From Yuukianura sp. NJ FZ-2021 (Eukaryota): DNA of 64,000 nucleotides. The translations under genes were made by a program, and so were the position numbers. Positions 48,647-62,486 of this stretch are shown here, piece by piece (the stretch's first letter is position 1; the number at the start of each line of letters is the position of its first letter). The DNA is taken from NCBI GenBank assembly GCA_046563655.1, contig CM102286.1, positions 6,324,001 to 6,388,000 on the forward strand, in the 5' to 3' direction. The notes beneath the pieces were generated by a model. The model saw only the letters and a program-made list of their open reading frames with translations. It was not told the DNA's origin and made no database searches.

Positions 48647-51600
48647 CTATTCGTCTTCCCTTGGAGCATCTACCTCGTCATCTTCATCAGCATGAAGCTG
48701 AATTTCATCTTCGTCAGGCTCCTCATCTTCCGGTTGCTGCTCTTGCTCGTGTTCATGTTCCTCAGGACCCTCTTCTTCTTCGTCAATTTCCTCCTGCGAA
48801 TCTTCCACTTGATTGAACTGCGATTGTGAAACGTCTCCATCCATATCAATATCTTTTTCTTTTCTGTCTTCCTTGGAAGTGTCCAGCTCTTCATCCAATT
48901 CATCTTCGGTGTGCTCAATTTTCAATTCGATTCCTTCCGCTTCATTCTAAAATTTCAGAATTTATAACATAATTAGCCGAGCACGGCACAAAATAATTCA
49001 GAAAACTTTACCTCCATTGCTTTCTCAGAATCTGTAATTGCAACTTCCGTTTTCGTTCCTTCAGCATTGGCATCTGCCTCTGCCTTTTCTGCTTCCTTGG
49101 CCTTTCTAGCAAGTCTCTTAGCTTCTGCCTTCGCCTTCTCCTCCGCATCTCTTTTGGCAAGATACTTCATCCTAGTCGTGTAATCTTCAACAAACTTGAT
49201 GTGATTGAGGGCCATGCAGTGTTTCATACAGCTTTCATCAAAGTTGTCTTCTCGGATGGGGAAGTAGCGTGCACATGCCTTGCAAAATATTACATTCTTC
49301 TGTTCCAGCAAATTCAATCCTGAAATGAGAACATTCTTCTAAATCAATGATCATAAACCAGCCATATGTTAAACTATTTTCCTCACCAAGGTCTTCTTTA
49401 GTCATGTTGCTTCCAGGAATAGAATCCTGTTGTCCATCTCTTTCCTTCATCTCCTTTAGAGCTACTCGCTGTAAAAGAAAAATTACATTCAGGTTGACGT
49501 TACGAACAACGATTTTCTATTTATTAGGCACAGCGACCACACTTACTTTGACATGTTCCAAAGCCACGGTGTGAAACAAATATACCTTCCAAAGACGGAA
49601 ATCCACGTTGCATAGCTCACACCTTCGATCAACCAGTCCTTTAATTTCCTAGAATGGAGAAAGATTTCGTTGGTACACAACTTTAAAATTTTAAACAAAA
49701 TTTTAAAAGGCTCATTTTTATATTTGTCATTCTGATGCTGATTCAAAAAGTTGTATCAAGGAAAGTCAAATTCTTACGTTATGAATTTCATTGGCTTCGT
49801 GTTCCTTCGGATCCGTACGAAGATCAATTTCACAAACTCTACAATAGGAAGTTGTGTCAGATAAAGTTTTCTGATCATCCATGGACTTCTCCAGCTCCTT
49901 CTGCTGGTCACGAATTGAGTGCTTCAAGCTGATCAGTTTGTCCCGATTTTGGTCAATGACTTTACTCATCACTTTACCGTGGACAAATGAGCGAGTATGA
50001 ATGGAGAAGTCCTGAGTTGAAATAGAGTTAGCTTATACACGCAAACGTAAACAAGACTACTAGACTGGTGCGAACTGAGTTAGATCGTTTTCGTTACCTT
50101 GAAACTGACGCAACGGAAGTCGCAGTATATGCATTTCAATTTCAACAATGGTCGCTTGGAACGCTGTTCCCCCTCGTCATTGTCCGCATCTTTACGCCTC
50201 GACTTCTCCTTTTTGTTGTCATCAGTGTCTTTATGGTTGGCAGCATCAGACCGTTCCTCATTTGATTTCGAATCAATTTTAGAGCCATTGATGTCTCCTG
50301 TGCTCTGTGTAGTTTCCTGGACGTCTCCGTTACGTTTCTCCTCCCTTATCTTCTTGGCTGGTTTCCTAAGAAAAATAACCATCGTATCTAATTATAAAAC
50401 TGGATGCCGAAACTTAAGTTCAAATTCCGGACTTACGAATACATTAGGTAACATGCTTACTTGTCATTTTCCTGAACAACTTCAGAAGTTCTTTTAGTTG
50501 CCTTAGGTCGTTCTATTTCGATATCCAATGGTCTTCTAGGCTTTTTCTCCGGCACTTTTACAATCCTTTTGGCTGACGAAGATGACGATCTAACTGCCGA
50601 ATGTTCTAAAGCCTTGTGAACATGTCGTTGATGATGACGATCCTCAGGAGGAGCTTGTCTGTACCTAATCCATGAATTCAATAAATGATTTCACACACGA
50701 AACCAAACGTTAAGTCCTCACTTGTTATACAATTGAGAGTCTATAAAAGTAAATTATTAGAAGGTATAGTAAAGGTAACATGTTTCCGGGGAGTTAGGTT
50801 CAAAACTGCTGGTTCTGAGTTCTGTCAAATACTCGGACTGGGAAGTGAGTTTCCTTGAGGAATGAATGCATTTAATTGAATTACCGCGACGACGACGATG
50901 CTGAGGTTGTGATTTTCATCAGCGGTGGCGGTGACAGTGGTGGCGGAATTCGTCTTATTCCAGAAGACGCGGACGAAGTAGAGATTTTCTCGTACGACGG
51001 TTTCCTGTAGTCTACCCGGACAGCTTTTCGTATAACGCGACTGGCTGCAGGAGGATACGTTGAAGACGAGCCACCAGCGTGGGGTGACGAGTGACTTCCG
51101 TGTCCATGGCCATGAGCGACTGGACTTTCGTAAGGTTTGTAGCGACTGGTTGACCCACTGCCGCTGTGCCCTCCGTGGTGATATTCGTGGTGATGACTTC
51201 CTCCAGCGGCGCTAGTACTTGAGTGCTTCTCGTAAGACTGGCGATGGTGATGGCTCGACGATGAAGAGGTTGGATGATAAGGCTGCTAGAGAAGATAGAA
51301 TTCGATACATATTGCCATTGCTACCTTTCACAGATAGGATCTTGAGCGGGATGTAATTGGTGTGAAGATTTACATGGTAGGATGCGGGCCCAGTGCTGTG
51401 TCCGTGTCCATGATGGTGCTTCTTGTCTTCATAAAGACGATCATTTGAATATGATCTAGACACTGGTGGATAATGTTTGCTGCTCCCTCCTCGGTTCACC
51501 TCCTCAATCCTCCGCTTAGTAAAATGGGGATCACCGGAATGATAATCTAGATGTTGAGATACTGAGTAGATTTAAAGGCACAAGACAGCGACATAGATCA

Positions 51601-52262
51601 CGCCAGATCAAGATTGAATTCGATCGAAGAGAAGGGGATTTCCATGGTCACGATACCGTAACGGTAAGATACCAAGACTTACGCTTCGCCTGGGCCTCCG
51701 AAGATCATGGGAAGTAAATTGGTCATCATCATGATTATGAAATCTCTGAATTCCGTGTTCAAAAGTATGGTCCTGCTGGCTTTTGTGGGCATTAGAGGAA
51801 GGGGCGAAGGGAAAGGGCGGTGATCAACACTTCAACAATGGTAGATTGGAAAATAACTTTGCGGTGGATGAATCGATATCGTCAACCAGTGGATCTAATA
51901 AGCACTAAAGCTTACCCACTCGTTCTAAACGCTCCAAAGAAATTGGAAATGGGAGGGCGAAGACGGCATTTATCAATTACTGATTAAACCCACTTGGATT
52001 AAAAGGTAAAACCAAGGTAAACTTAACTTGGTCACTGGACGGCAATGGAAATTAGCAAATTAAGTTGAATTGACGAAATCCACCAGGGTCAATACAACTA
52101 TTTTAGTGTTATACTAAATCTGACTGTTGACTCATTAAAAGACTGAATGACTTTACTAAACGGTATACTAATTTCCGTACCTTTGCTGTAAAACGCAGAA
52201 GATGGAAGTAATCGTTCCCGTTCTCGCTCCCGTTCCCGTAGATGCTTATGATGGGCGGACAT
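48647..52262 (-). CDS. Matrin/U1-type multi-zinc-finger nuclear protein, similar to Protein on ecdysone puffs (Pep)/CIZ1
   Basis: His/Ser/Arg-rich N-terminus with an RE repeat. Zinc fingers CIYC...HTRSFVH, YCRVC...HEANEIH, RCELC...H and FCKAC...HCMALNH, and an acidic C-terminus. The 5' exon structure (51500-52180) is ambiguous and probably alternatively spliced. Confidence 0.7.
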
Positions 52263-53597
52263 ATTGGCTGCAGGGCGATTTGGCTTGGACTTCGATGATG
52301 TCAAACTGGGCAAACCAGAACCTAGTTTCAAAAAATGAAATAAATGTTAATTCACTGTAATGTTCATCTTCCAGGATGTTGTGACGAATTAAGTGTCAAA
52401 CTTGGTACCGTTATTTGGCGCAGCGCTATTCCGAATGGTTATGGTTATCCTTTCCAGTTCAGCTGCCGTAAATATTCCAAATCATATAACAGAAGCTTAT
52501 GAATGACCTTCTAGATGAGATAATTCACCCAAAGACAAATCGTTCCGTGTCATCAATAATAACTCCTTACTACGAGACTTTAAGTTTGGCAATCCTTTTC
52601 CTTACTAACTGATGAGACGAGTATTCAGCGATTACCAGCAACAGCAACTGAGGGATGAAAACAAATTTGATGATGATTGATAATTTAACTAACTTCCTAC
52701 TTCGTCATCAACGGAAATACATCCAACACAACAGTGGTCTCGTCTGTCGTGGTCGTTAACGTGAATTGAATCCTTGCTTATGCGTGTACTACGACGATGA
52801 AACCGTACCGTATATCTCTATCGACGAATCACAATCCACAATTCTTCCTTCTTGTCTACTGTGTTACTGTGTAGTGTAGTGTGTACGTACATCATTCTAA
52901 ATTTTCGGAATTTAGTCGTTAAAGGTCGGAATTCGTCATGCTCAATACGAATGCATTGAAAATGATCGAGAAGAAATTTGCCACAGTTTTTCACACATGC
53001 CTTTTCAAGGTGCGCATTATACAGGGTTGTTCACGGAAAAGTTGACACCCCCATGTTCATGAAAATGTTGAATAGTTCCACGGGATTTTTCTTCAAAACT
53101 TGCAATTTCTGAGGGGAGATTGAGACCAAAAAACTTATGTACGAAAAATTTATATTAACGTCGTTAGTTGTTTTCTTTGCATTTGGGACTCATCACCCCC
53201 CACAATTTTCAAATCAACCGACTTTTGAGTTTGTTGTTGCTTACTTTTTCATGAAGAATCTCGCATTTACTTTACATGTGAACGCTTGGTTCCGGTAAGG
53301 ACTAATGACCTTCATTGTAGCTGCATAGTGTAGGCAGTTCAACCATTTTCCAGTGACAATAGGCGGCCATACTTTAGCGGTAAAATTTGTTGGCTAATTT
53401 TGTCATTTATTATTAAATAAAATGAATAATTGACAGTTGAGTTTATAAAAATACTTCATAGAAAATACTACGCCAAACTAGTAACTCATTCTTGGTTGTT
53501 AATTTTACCATTTATTGAAACTTATTTTAAAAAAGTGAATAATTGACATCATTTATCATCGTTCATTTAGGAAAAAATGCTTATGGAACAAGTAATA

Positions 53598-55256
53598 CTA
53601 TGATTTTACTCTCTTATTTCCCGCAAAACGAATTGGAATGTCATCGAGATTTGCATATTTCGAAATTTCTTCGGCATGTGCTTGTCTGTCATACCCGACG
53701 ATCCGAAAAGCGTCTTGCGTGGCCTCTGTCATTAATGGCTTCATTAATTTGTGAATTGGGTCAAATATCCTTGGCGCTAAAAAAAAATTCCAATAATCAA
53801 TTGTACATAAACCACACTTAAATTTTAACTGAATTTGAATTTCTTAAATTCGCTCTTTTCTTACTATTCATGCAGAGGATTCTGTAGAAATTGTACGGAT
53901 AATGAATTTCATGGTGTATGGCCCAGTTGAGATAGATTGGAACACCTAATGAAGGCAGACACGTTATTATTTTTTAACTATTAATAATTTCTATTAATCT
54001 CAGAAACTTTTTTGTGTTGTAAAACCCACATCCTGTACAAGCGTGATTTCTTAATGAAAAACCCGTCACGTCAACCAGTAGCAAACTGGTGGGGTTTTTC
54101 GTAGCATTAAACGACAATTGTGCCGCCGTTTCTTCCATGAAATCCAAGCGCAGTTCTACAGTCGAGAGTTTTCCCTGGATAACCTTGCGACGAACGTCCC
54201 AGTCACCGTATGGCATTAGAACAACTATTGATCAGTCAGAACATTGGAATGATTGTTTAAAAAAATCAAGCTGAAACAACGCGCTTACCAAAAATTTACA
54301 CTGAAATTCAAAGGCGAAAAGAAATGAGAAATGAAAAGTTTGAAATGTACTTGGATTTCCAAATTTGTCTTTTGCTGTAGTGAAGTCCAGAACGTATCCT
54401 TTGTTCATTTCTCGCCCAAAGTCATAATTCGGAAGATTATCTGCGTCGACAGTTTTACGCCATTGCAGTGTCTAATAATTATTGACATTGGTTTTAATTA
54501 CTTCTCAAGTATTTAGTAATTAGTTAACGTAGAACTAACTCGTTTTAAAAACCTTTGTCTCACTTACTTTCTCCAGAGCTTCTTTTGCCTTAGCGTGGTC
54601 AAACTTTTTTGCTGGCAAACCAAAAAAAATTTTTAAATGTTGTTGGGAATATACTTCAATACATCATACAACGTTGCATTATGTTGTATTAAGAAATAAA
54701 CATTATAATATTAATAAATATTATTATACATAAGCAAGAAATATTTCTCAAATGAACCGATTGTACACCGGAGTGACAAACGATGGCCCTGAGTTTTATC
54801 AAGCGATTGTTCACATGGGCACATCATGGTGAACCATAACGCTCGACAGTTATAAACGTATAAAGGAAAAAAGTTGGCCTTTGACCCGGAAGGGAAACAC
54901 CTAAAGTAGCTGTGACAACTTAGAAACGAAAAGTTTAATAGATTTAATTTTTATACCTTTGAGCCACTTGATCAAATATGCATCAGACTTCATGTGGGGG
55001 GCTGTCAGCTTAGAGCCTACGGCATCCCTCAGCTAGTTTTCGAAAAAAAACGTTTTTAGTAAGTTCAATAAACTTAAGCGAAAATAAAAATACAATTTAA
55101 AAAGTAATTCAGAATCTTTAAACAAAAGACCTTGTCGATCGCTGCCTTCTCTTTTCCTGTAAAAACTGGAGCATTGCATTCACCCAGAATGACACAAAGG
55201 CCAAGGAAAAACACAAGTACTAAAAAATTCAATGCGTATAGTCCTTTTTTGTACAT
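53598..55256 (-). CDS. SEC14-like CRAL-TRIO lipid-binding protein with a predicted signal peptide and no GOLD domain
   Basis: Spliced exons give SDAYLIKWLKAKKFDHAKAKEAL..TLQWRK (CRAL-TRIO_N), DKFGNP, PYGDWDVR, LVDVTGFS, HYP, MNTPRIF...KLMKPLM and IPIRFAGNK; TAG at 53598-53600. Confidence 0.85.
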
Positions 55257-56251
55257 TTCAAGTTTAATTTTGTCAAGTTAAAAATTTAAATTAAAAACAA
55301 TTTCTCTAACAACTTCAGCTTTACAGAAGTGATGAAGTGAACAATGTGTCTATTGCTTGAATTTTAAGAGCAAAGTTGGCAGAGACTGAAAACGACATTG
55401 GCTCTTAAAATATTTGGAGAGACAATTACGTATTTGTAATCCTCTTGGCCAAAAACCAGCTTGTGCAGCATAATGCGCAACCAGCAAAGGTTAACTTTCA
55501 ATTGGACAGGTTTTCAGAATGAAATTCTAAGAATTTCAATATTTTTGTGCCATGCAAATTCAAGGCTTCCATAGAAGTTGTTTTTCTTTTTAATATGGTT
55601 ACACTCTTGGAGAACGAATTGCTAATTTTCACAGAAAGATTACTGAAAAGTGAATCAATGGTTTAATTCATTTCAGCCCAAAATTTGAAAATTCAGGCTT
55701 CACGCTGAAAAAAAAAATACTTTTTTCTTCTGCAAAAACCTGTTGGTTAATTGTAAAAAGGGCATCGTACATTGTATCATGTTTCTACACATATGTTTTA
55801 TGTGGTTAGAAGACTAACTTGAAATTTTAAGAGTAGAAGAACGCTTTTTTAAATAAATTTTTGCCCCAATTGATAACTACTTAAAAGTAATTTTGATTGT
55901 AGTATGCTTTAAAATTCGACTCAAGAGAGATTTAACGCACGTTTGGTAACGCCTACACAAAGGTAGTAGTAGTTCCACAAACCAGAACCAAATAAAAAAA
56001 ATAGACGAATGGAAATGTTCTAGTTCAACAGTCCGAGGATATCCTTTAATTCATTTAAATATATTAGAAATAATTTATCTGCGTAAGAAAATAACAAAAG
56101 AATTAAATTGTTACGGCAGGACAGGACTTTGAAAAATAATCTTTCCAAGCGACATCAACATAAATTAATTGCTACGGGGGGAGGCCAACAAGAATTCGCG
56201 AACTCATAAAAACAGGTTCGAGATTTACAAATCAAATGCTAATGACCAGCA

Positions 56252-59200
56252 TCAAGATCGGAAAAAGTCGTACTCGGTTGATCCATTTTCGTTTCTTGAG
56301 TTTGGTTGTCTTTGCTTCGGAGTGAGCACATTCAAAGAATGGACGGGAAAGACATCGTTTTGACGGAGACTAAATGTCATGCGCTTAATTCCAGATACGA
56401 CTTTGTGAGGTCCCGTCATATCCTTCTCGGGATCATCTCTCCAAACAAACTCGTCTCTCGGATAGACTTCTTCCACAGGAGCCCTCCGGCGTTCTAACAA
56501 TCTGTAAAAAATAAGTAGCGCATTTGAGTCATTCTACTGGAAAAACTTTGAAAGAAAAATGTTAGAAATCATTTTTACCGTCGAATGTCGCCCCTCACGC
56601 TATGCCGCATATTCTCTATCGTACATTTAGCACTATGCTCGCCGTTGAGCACCATGTTCATTGAAACTCGGATCCCATTGATCTAAAGTAGGAAAAATTG
56701 AAATAATATAAGTCCATCAGAAAACTAAATGAATTAGCTACTGACCATTCGGATATCCTTGTCATCGAAGACAGTATCGAATACTATTTCCATGTCATGA
56801 TCAGGGTATACAGGAGTTCCAGTTGCATAGTCTTTCCCAAGTCCGCTCAAACATCCGGTGTAGCGATTACGATTGGCGGAGCTCGAGTGCAGTTGCATGG
56901 TTGGGCAGAAAAGCATTGTTAGCAACGGTGCCAATCCAGGAATCGGGGGTAACAGAGTTGTCTCCCTGTTAAAATTTTGAGATGTTTATAAGTCCAGTTT
57001 ATACTCACAATTACGAAAAATTGTCAATTCACACACCGTAGAACAACAGATCCAGATTTCTGAGAAATTGCAACGCTTGCGGCAACTAGGATTCGCGAAG
57101 CCGGTGTCGATGGATTTTCATCTAAAGCAACGGAGTTAACACTGTAGCTGTCGATTCCCACCGATTTAGTGTGAGTGCTTGCAGAAAGCGCGCGAAACTT
57201 CATCTCTAATGGACTATTAGGTCCCTTCAAACTGAACTACAAATCAATAAAACAAAATTCTTGTTAATAGTTACTTAATTCTCGTCAACCCAGCCACGAT
57301 TCACAAAGTCAAACGATCAAAACTTCTGTTTACCTCCAGAGTACAGTTCTTTTCCGCTGGTGGTCGGAGCAAGATGGGAGGGCAAGTGTCACTCCGTTGA
57401 AATTTATTGAAGCGATCAATTTCCGCCTGCGGAAATTCAGTTCGTGCCACGCTTTTCCGCAGGTGATGATTGTCCTGTGAAAGAATTTCAGCGGTGAAGT
57501 ACAAGTAAGTGACAAGTACAATAGGAATAGAACTTGAGCCCTTACACGGCTGGGTTTAGACTCTTCCATTACTGCAGCAGCACCCACTCCTAGCAGAATA
57601 TCACGAATGCCCTTGTCTTTTCCAGTAGCTCCACCTTCACGTCTCCCAAAGATGTTACAACTGATAACGCCTTCCACAACGGAATATACCTATTAGTGCA
57701 ACAGAAAGGAATACCTATTACTTTTAGTACATCAGAAACGACACAAGCTTCACTTGTTTCAACTGTATGGACGGAAATAAAGAAGGAAAGAAACTGACAA
57801 TTTTGTAAGTAAACCTTACGTTTAGAGCCACAATGTTGTTATTTCTGCCCAAGATGTCAGACATGACCTCATACGCTTCTTCAGACCAGGCGCCAGCATA
57901 CTTCTCCAGAGGCTTGATTCCATAAATTCTGCATTGTATTCCCTGGAGTAACACAGACACAAAAATTTGTTAGGTTTGTTATTCAAGTACCACATACAAG
58001 CGAATTGGTTTACCGTTGCAGGGTACAGATGTATTTGTTGGTCAATCAGTTCTTGGCCGAACTGAAGACATTCTTGCGGCTGTCTCCAAATAACGTCTCC
58101 AATGTCAATCAGAAACAACTACAAAGTAATTCAAACCCACTCATAAACCAAGTTCTGTCTCACTCTCCTCAAGTTACCTTACCATCATGTTCATTTTGTC
58201 CGTAGTAACATACTCCACTCTAGCTCGGAAGTACATTGCCTCGTGTTTGACAATACATAGTGAACCCGGAATAGCTTCACTCAGTCTCAATGGTCGGCAT
58301 CCTGGTATGGCATCGACTAGCACAGCAGAAACTTGGTTGAATCTGGACAGTTCGTTTTGGTACATGACCCAGAAGTGATCAGGGGCCACCATCTATCGAA
58401 TATTGAATTGTATCAGTAAAAAATGGAAAGTTTCATACTTTGACATTAAAATTCAAGTCATACCCGAGTCACGGAGACAAGAATATTGTTTTCAGTAATT
58501 CCAGGAAGGACGCATTGGGCCGGAGATTTGAAGATACGACTCGTCCAATTCGATTTCTCCTCGCCACAAATTTCGTGTGCCTTATCGTACCTGTTTACAA
58601 CAATAAAGTTTCCCAGTTTATGATAAACTTTGATTGGATTTTAAATGAGGATATTTTAGTTAGACCTGATGCCAGCAATTTTAATGTCTTGTCGAAGTTG
58701 ACGCATCTTGATTCCTTTGAACAAATTAATACTCAGTGGTCCAATTTTATCTCCTCGCGGATCAAACTCGACGAGCACCTTGCTTCCATTGACTTTGATG
58801 TATGGTACAGAATTGATTGACTCGAATTTCTCAGCAATATGCACCGCATATCTGCAAAGCATTCAGAATTAGGCTAATATTTGGATGTGAAAGTACAAAG
58901 TCCATAGAAATTTTAATGGCGTGATGCATTACAATTCGCCTGGTTGTTCGTTGGGAAATCCAGTGTAGAAGATGGACATCAGGGGATCCAGGGAACAGAG
59001 CTCACGAGCGATCTGCCTACTATAGTCTTCTGGCTCTGGACGGAAGCGCACAAAGTAATTGGGGTAAAACGCACCAGCAATTGTAATCTGGAAACACCAA
59101 ATAAAAATTGACTTTTACCATTATAAAGAATGGAAATACACCAAACTTGTAGGAAATATACAAACCCAAATACCTTTAGCATTAGTCCTTGCTCAGCAGA

Positions 59201-62200
59201 CATATTGCCACGAGTCAAATGATTCAACTCCACTTCCATATTGGAATTTTGAAGACGCCTAATTACATCTTCAATGCATATATGGATCTCTCTAAAAAAC
59301 CAAAGAGTTTTAAAAATTAAACTTAGTCAGTAACTTTACTAACAAAACAAGCTCCATACCTCAATACATTGGTCTGTACGAAGTATGCCCTCTTCCATTT
59401 TCTTAACTGCTCATAGGTCCTCAAGTCGCCGCTGGAAGTCTTTCCCACCCAAGTCTAGTATAAAATAAGTAAGCGCTCAGTTTAAAATCAATTCTGCAAA
59501 CCCAAATTAAGCCCATTGACAATAAATTAGTTGTAAGCTTCGTTACCCTGTAGAGGTTGATAATCGCAAAGCAATCTGAAAATGTTTCATTGGACCACAT
59601 CAATTTGGAGAGATACGCCATCAGTCGCTGGGTGAAAGGAAAGCTAAAGGCACTCTTGACACTGAGTCCAGCGGCTAAGAACAACACCATAAAAAGGTTT
59701 CAACTTCTTATTCCCAGGGTTATATCTAAATCAATTGAAATGGACGTACCAATTATCACAGCTTCTTCCAGCACACCGAAAACATGCCCAAGCGCAATGA
59801 GTCTTGAAAGACGAATGTCAAATGGTAACTTGGCCATCAAATTGCCCATCATCGTCAGATCCCCGTCGTAAGCATCGTAAATTCCATTTGCATCAATTGT
59901 AAGAGCACCAACCTGGGATTAAAACTTTCTGTATCTTCGAAAAGACTATTTAATATGGAACGCCTGTAGTTGAGTACAAAGCTATCGTGGTGCATACCTC
60001 TTTGAGATTACATATGGCCAATTTAATGGCGGACTGTCCCGGAGGGTCAATGGCCAGAGCCATGACTGAAGTCGGTGAACCAAGATCCAACGTTTTGACT
60101 GACAGAATCACATTTTCCAAGCAAGCTTTCTCCATATCTGGAACAGTCTCTTTGCGGAGTAGGTCCTTCGGAAAACAAATAATTAGGTTGCATTATATCG
60201 ACTCGATTTCTTTAGGAAACAATGAGTAATCCTTACATAAGCTTTTCGTGTAATCATTCTGAAAACATGTCCTTCAGAAACTCGTCCAACTCGACCACGT
60301 CGCTGAACACATTGGTCTTGACTTGCCCACTCCAGGCGAAGGCAGGAATAGTTAGTGGAGGGATCACAGCCCATGGATTTTGTCAGACAAAAGTCAACCA
60401 CTGCAAAGAATGGAGAGCAGTTGATGAAGCTTTAGATGATACACGTATATGAAATAATTAAACGCCCTTACTTACCATATTTCATGTCAGTGACGGTAAT
60501 TGAACTTTCAGCGATGTTGGTGGACAAAATAATTTTTCGGAACCCGGGTTTGGTTGGATGGAAAACTCTTTGTTGCTCCTCAGTCGTAATGGTAGAGTGA
60601 AGAGGTAGAAGGATCCACTTCAGTAGGTCATCCGCATTTTCCCTAAAACGAAATAAGCGAATTTGGTTAATAATGGGTGTACTTAAGTAAAGAAAAAAAA
60701 CAAGCTTACTGTGCTTTTTGCTGTAAGTAATCCATGCAACTTTTGTACATTGTGTCTATTTCCAGCAACCCGGGCAAGAATACCAAAACACCTCCGCGTT
60801 CAGTTGCCTCCTCTCGTTGCTCAAAGACATCCAGAGCATCAAACAGTTTCACAGTCAAGTCGTACATAGCTGTATGAAAACAGGCATCAGCTGTTACGTC
60901 GCACAAGCTACCGGATTGTTCAAACTCAACTGGCAATCCCTAAAAATGAACGATATTCAATTATATGTACAATTAAATTAGAATTACTAACCGTGAATTA
61001 CCAACGTCGGCGGTTGTATAACTATTAGTAAGACAACTTACAAGGCTTCTGGTGAGGGTGTCGATGTAATGTTCGTGTACTGGGTAAAAGTTTGTCTGAG
61101 GAATGCGGATGATTTTTGAGTTCAGTCTTTGGTTCCTTCCAATTATCCATCTTGGGAAATAATTCCCAAACTTTTCAGCATTCAAAGTAGCTGACATAAG
61201 GACAACTTTGGTCAAGGTGTCTGCAGTTTCCACCATTAGTTTCTTGATGACCAGAAGTAGAAGATCTGTGTCCAAATCGCGTTCGTGAACCTCGTCCACA
61301 ATTATGTGACTGTAGCCACGAAGCGATCTGCTGGATATCAAAATTTGCAGCAATACTCCAGTGGTAACATATGTCAGACGAGTCTTATCCGTCGTTCTGC
61401 GATTTAGTCCGACCTAAAACGCACAATTGAGGATTGTCATTTAGACATATTCGGTGAGACGTAAGATAAATTGTTACAATAAAAAGTTTTAGTGTCATGT
61501 GTGTACTTGGTATCCAACTAAATCTCCAACAGCCCACCCTCGTTCCTTACAAACTCGATCAGCAACAGACTGAGCAGCGATCCTTCTGGGCTGAGTAACA
61601 ACTATATTGCCAAGCTTCCCCTGGGCAGCGAAGTCGTCAAGAATGTACTGTGGAATCTGGCAAAAAAAAATACAACAACTTTAAGAAATACTTGGTAAGA
61701 AAATCAATATGTATAAGCTTAAAACGCAGAAGAATTAGTTTTACCCAGACGCTGCAAAAAACAAATAACAAACCTGCGTCGTTTTCCCCGATCCGGTGAA
61801 TCCTTCCACAATTAAAACTTGATGACGCCGTAGGCTTTGCAAAATCTGAGGATAAACATTATTAAAACCATGATTTTCGCAGAAGGGTCGAACACAATGA
61901 TTGAGACACTTACTTCATCCTTGTGCTGAAACACTGCCAGCGATGAAGTATTTGGATCACGGGATTCCATATTAAAGGACATATAAACTGGATCGTCGCC
62001 AGTCCACATCACTTGTTCCCCGGGATAGCTTCCACTTGATACCTCAATGTTTGGCATTAATGATATCTGGAAGAAGATATAGTATTTTCACAAAAATGCA
62101 TGATTTCTTGTGATTACGATGAATACCTTCTGAATTTCGAATTCCAAACGGTCCATGTGTTCATCAATGTATGATTTCTCATTCACATAAGCTTGCGGTT

Positions 62201-62486
62201 GAATTCGCTGGGGCTGGCGTTCATTGTGATGGGTGCTATGCGGCTCAGGTGGATATGGCCGATATTGTGACGGCAATGCAGCGGAAGACATGGGGGCGTT
62301 AATGTTATTGTTGGTCGTTCCATTAAAAAAATCGAACACATTTACAGGCGGTGGTAACTGATGTGGCATTTCTCCTCGCCTGGTCCCCAATGTCAGCGCT
62401 TCAAAATCACTTGTAGAAATCGGCATCGAAGCATTTTCAGAGGAAACGTCCCAGTCAAACTCGGTTTCGTCAATTCCACTATTCAT
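56252..62486 (-). CDS. spn-E: Spindle-E / TDRD9 DExH-box RNA helicase with Tudor domain (piRNA pathway)
   Basis: [49 protein letters not shown], an HA2 region, a Tudor domain (YFRARV...FLIDIGD), [10 protein letters not shown] and YTGCLSGLG...[11 protein letters not shown]. Confidence 0.94.

Noticed and set aside
53020..53060. TA-CAGGGTTGTTCACGG, resembling a Tc1/mariner TIR start
   Set aside because: I found no matching inverted end in the window, so an element cannot be delimited. It may be a fragment.
19747..62486. Functional piRNA gene cluster (DXO plus spindle-E)
   Set aside because: The two genes are about 35 kb apart with unrelated housekeeping genes between them, and DXO looks catalytically normal.
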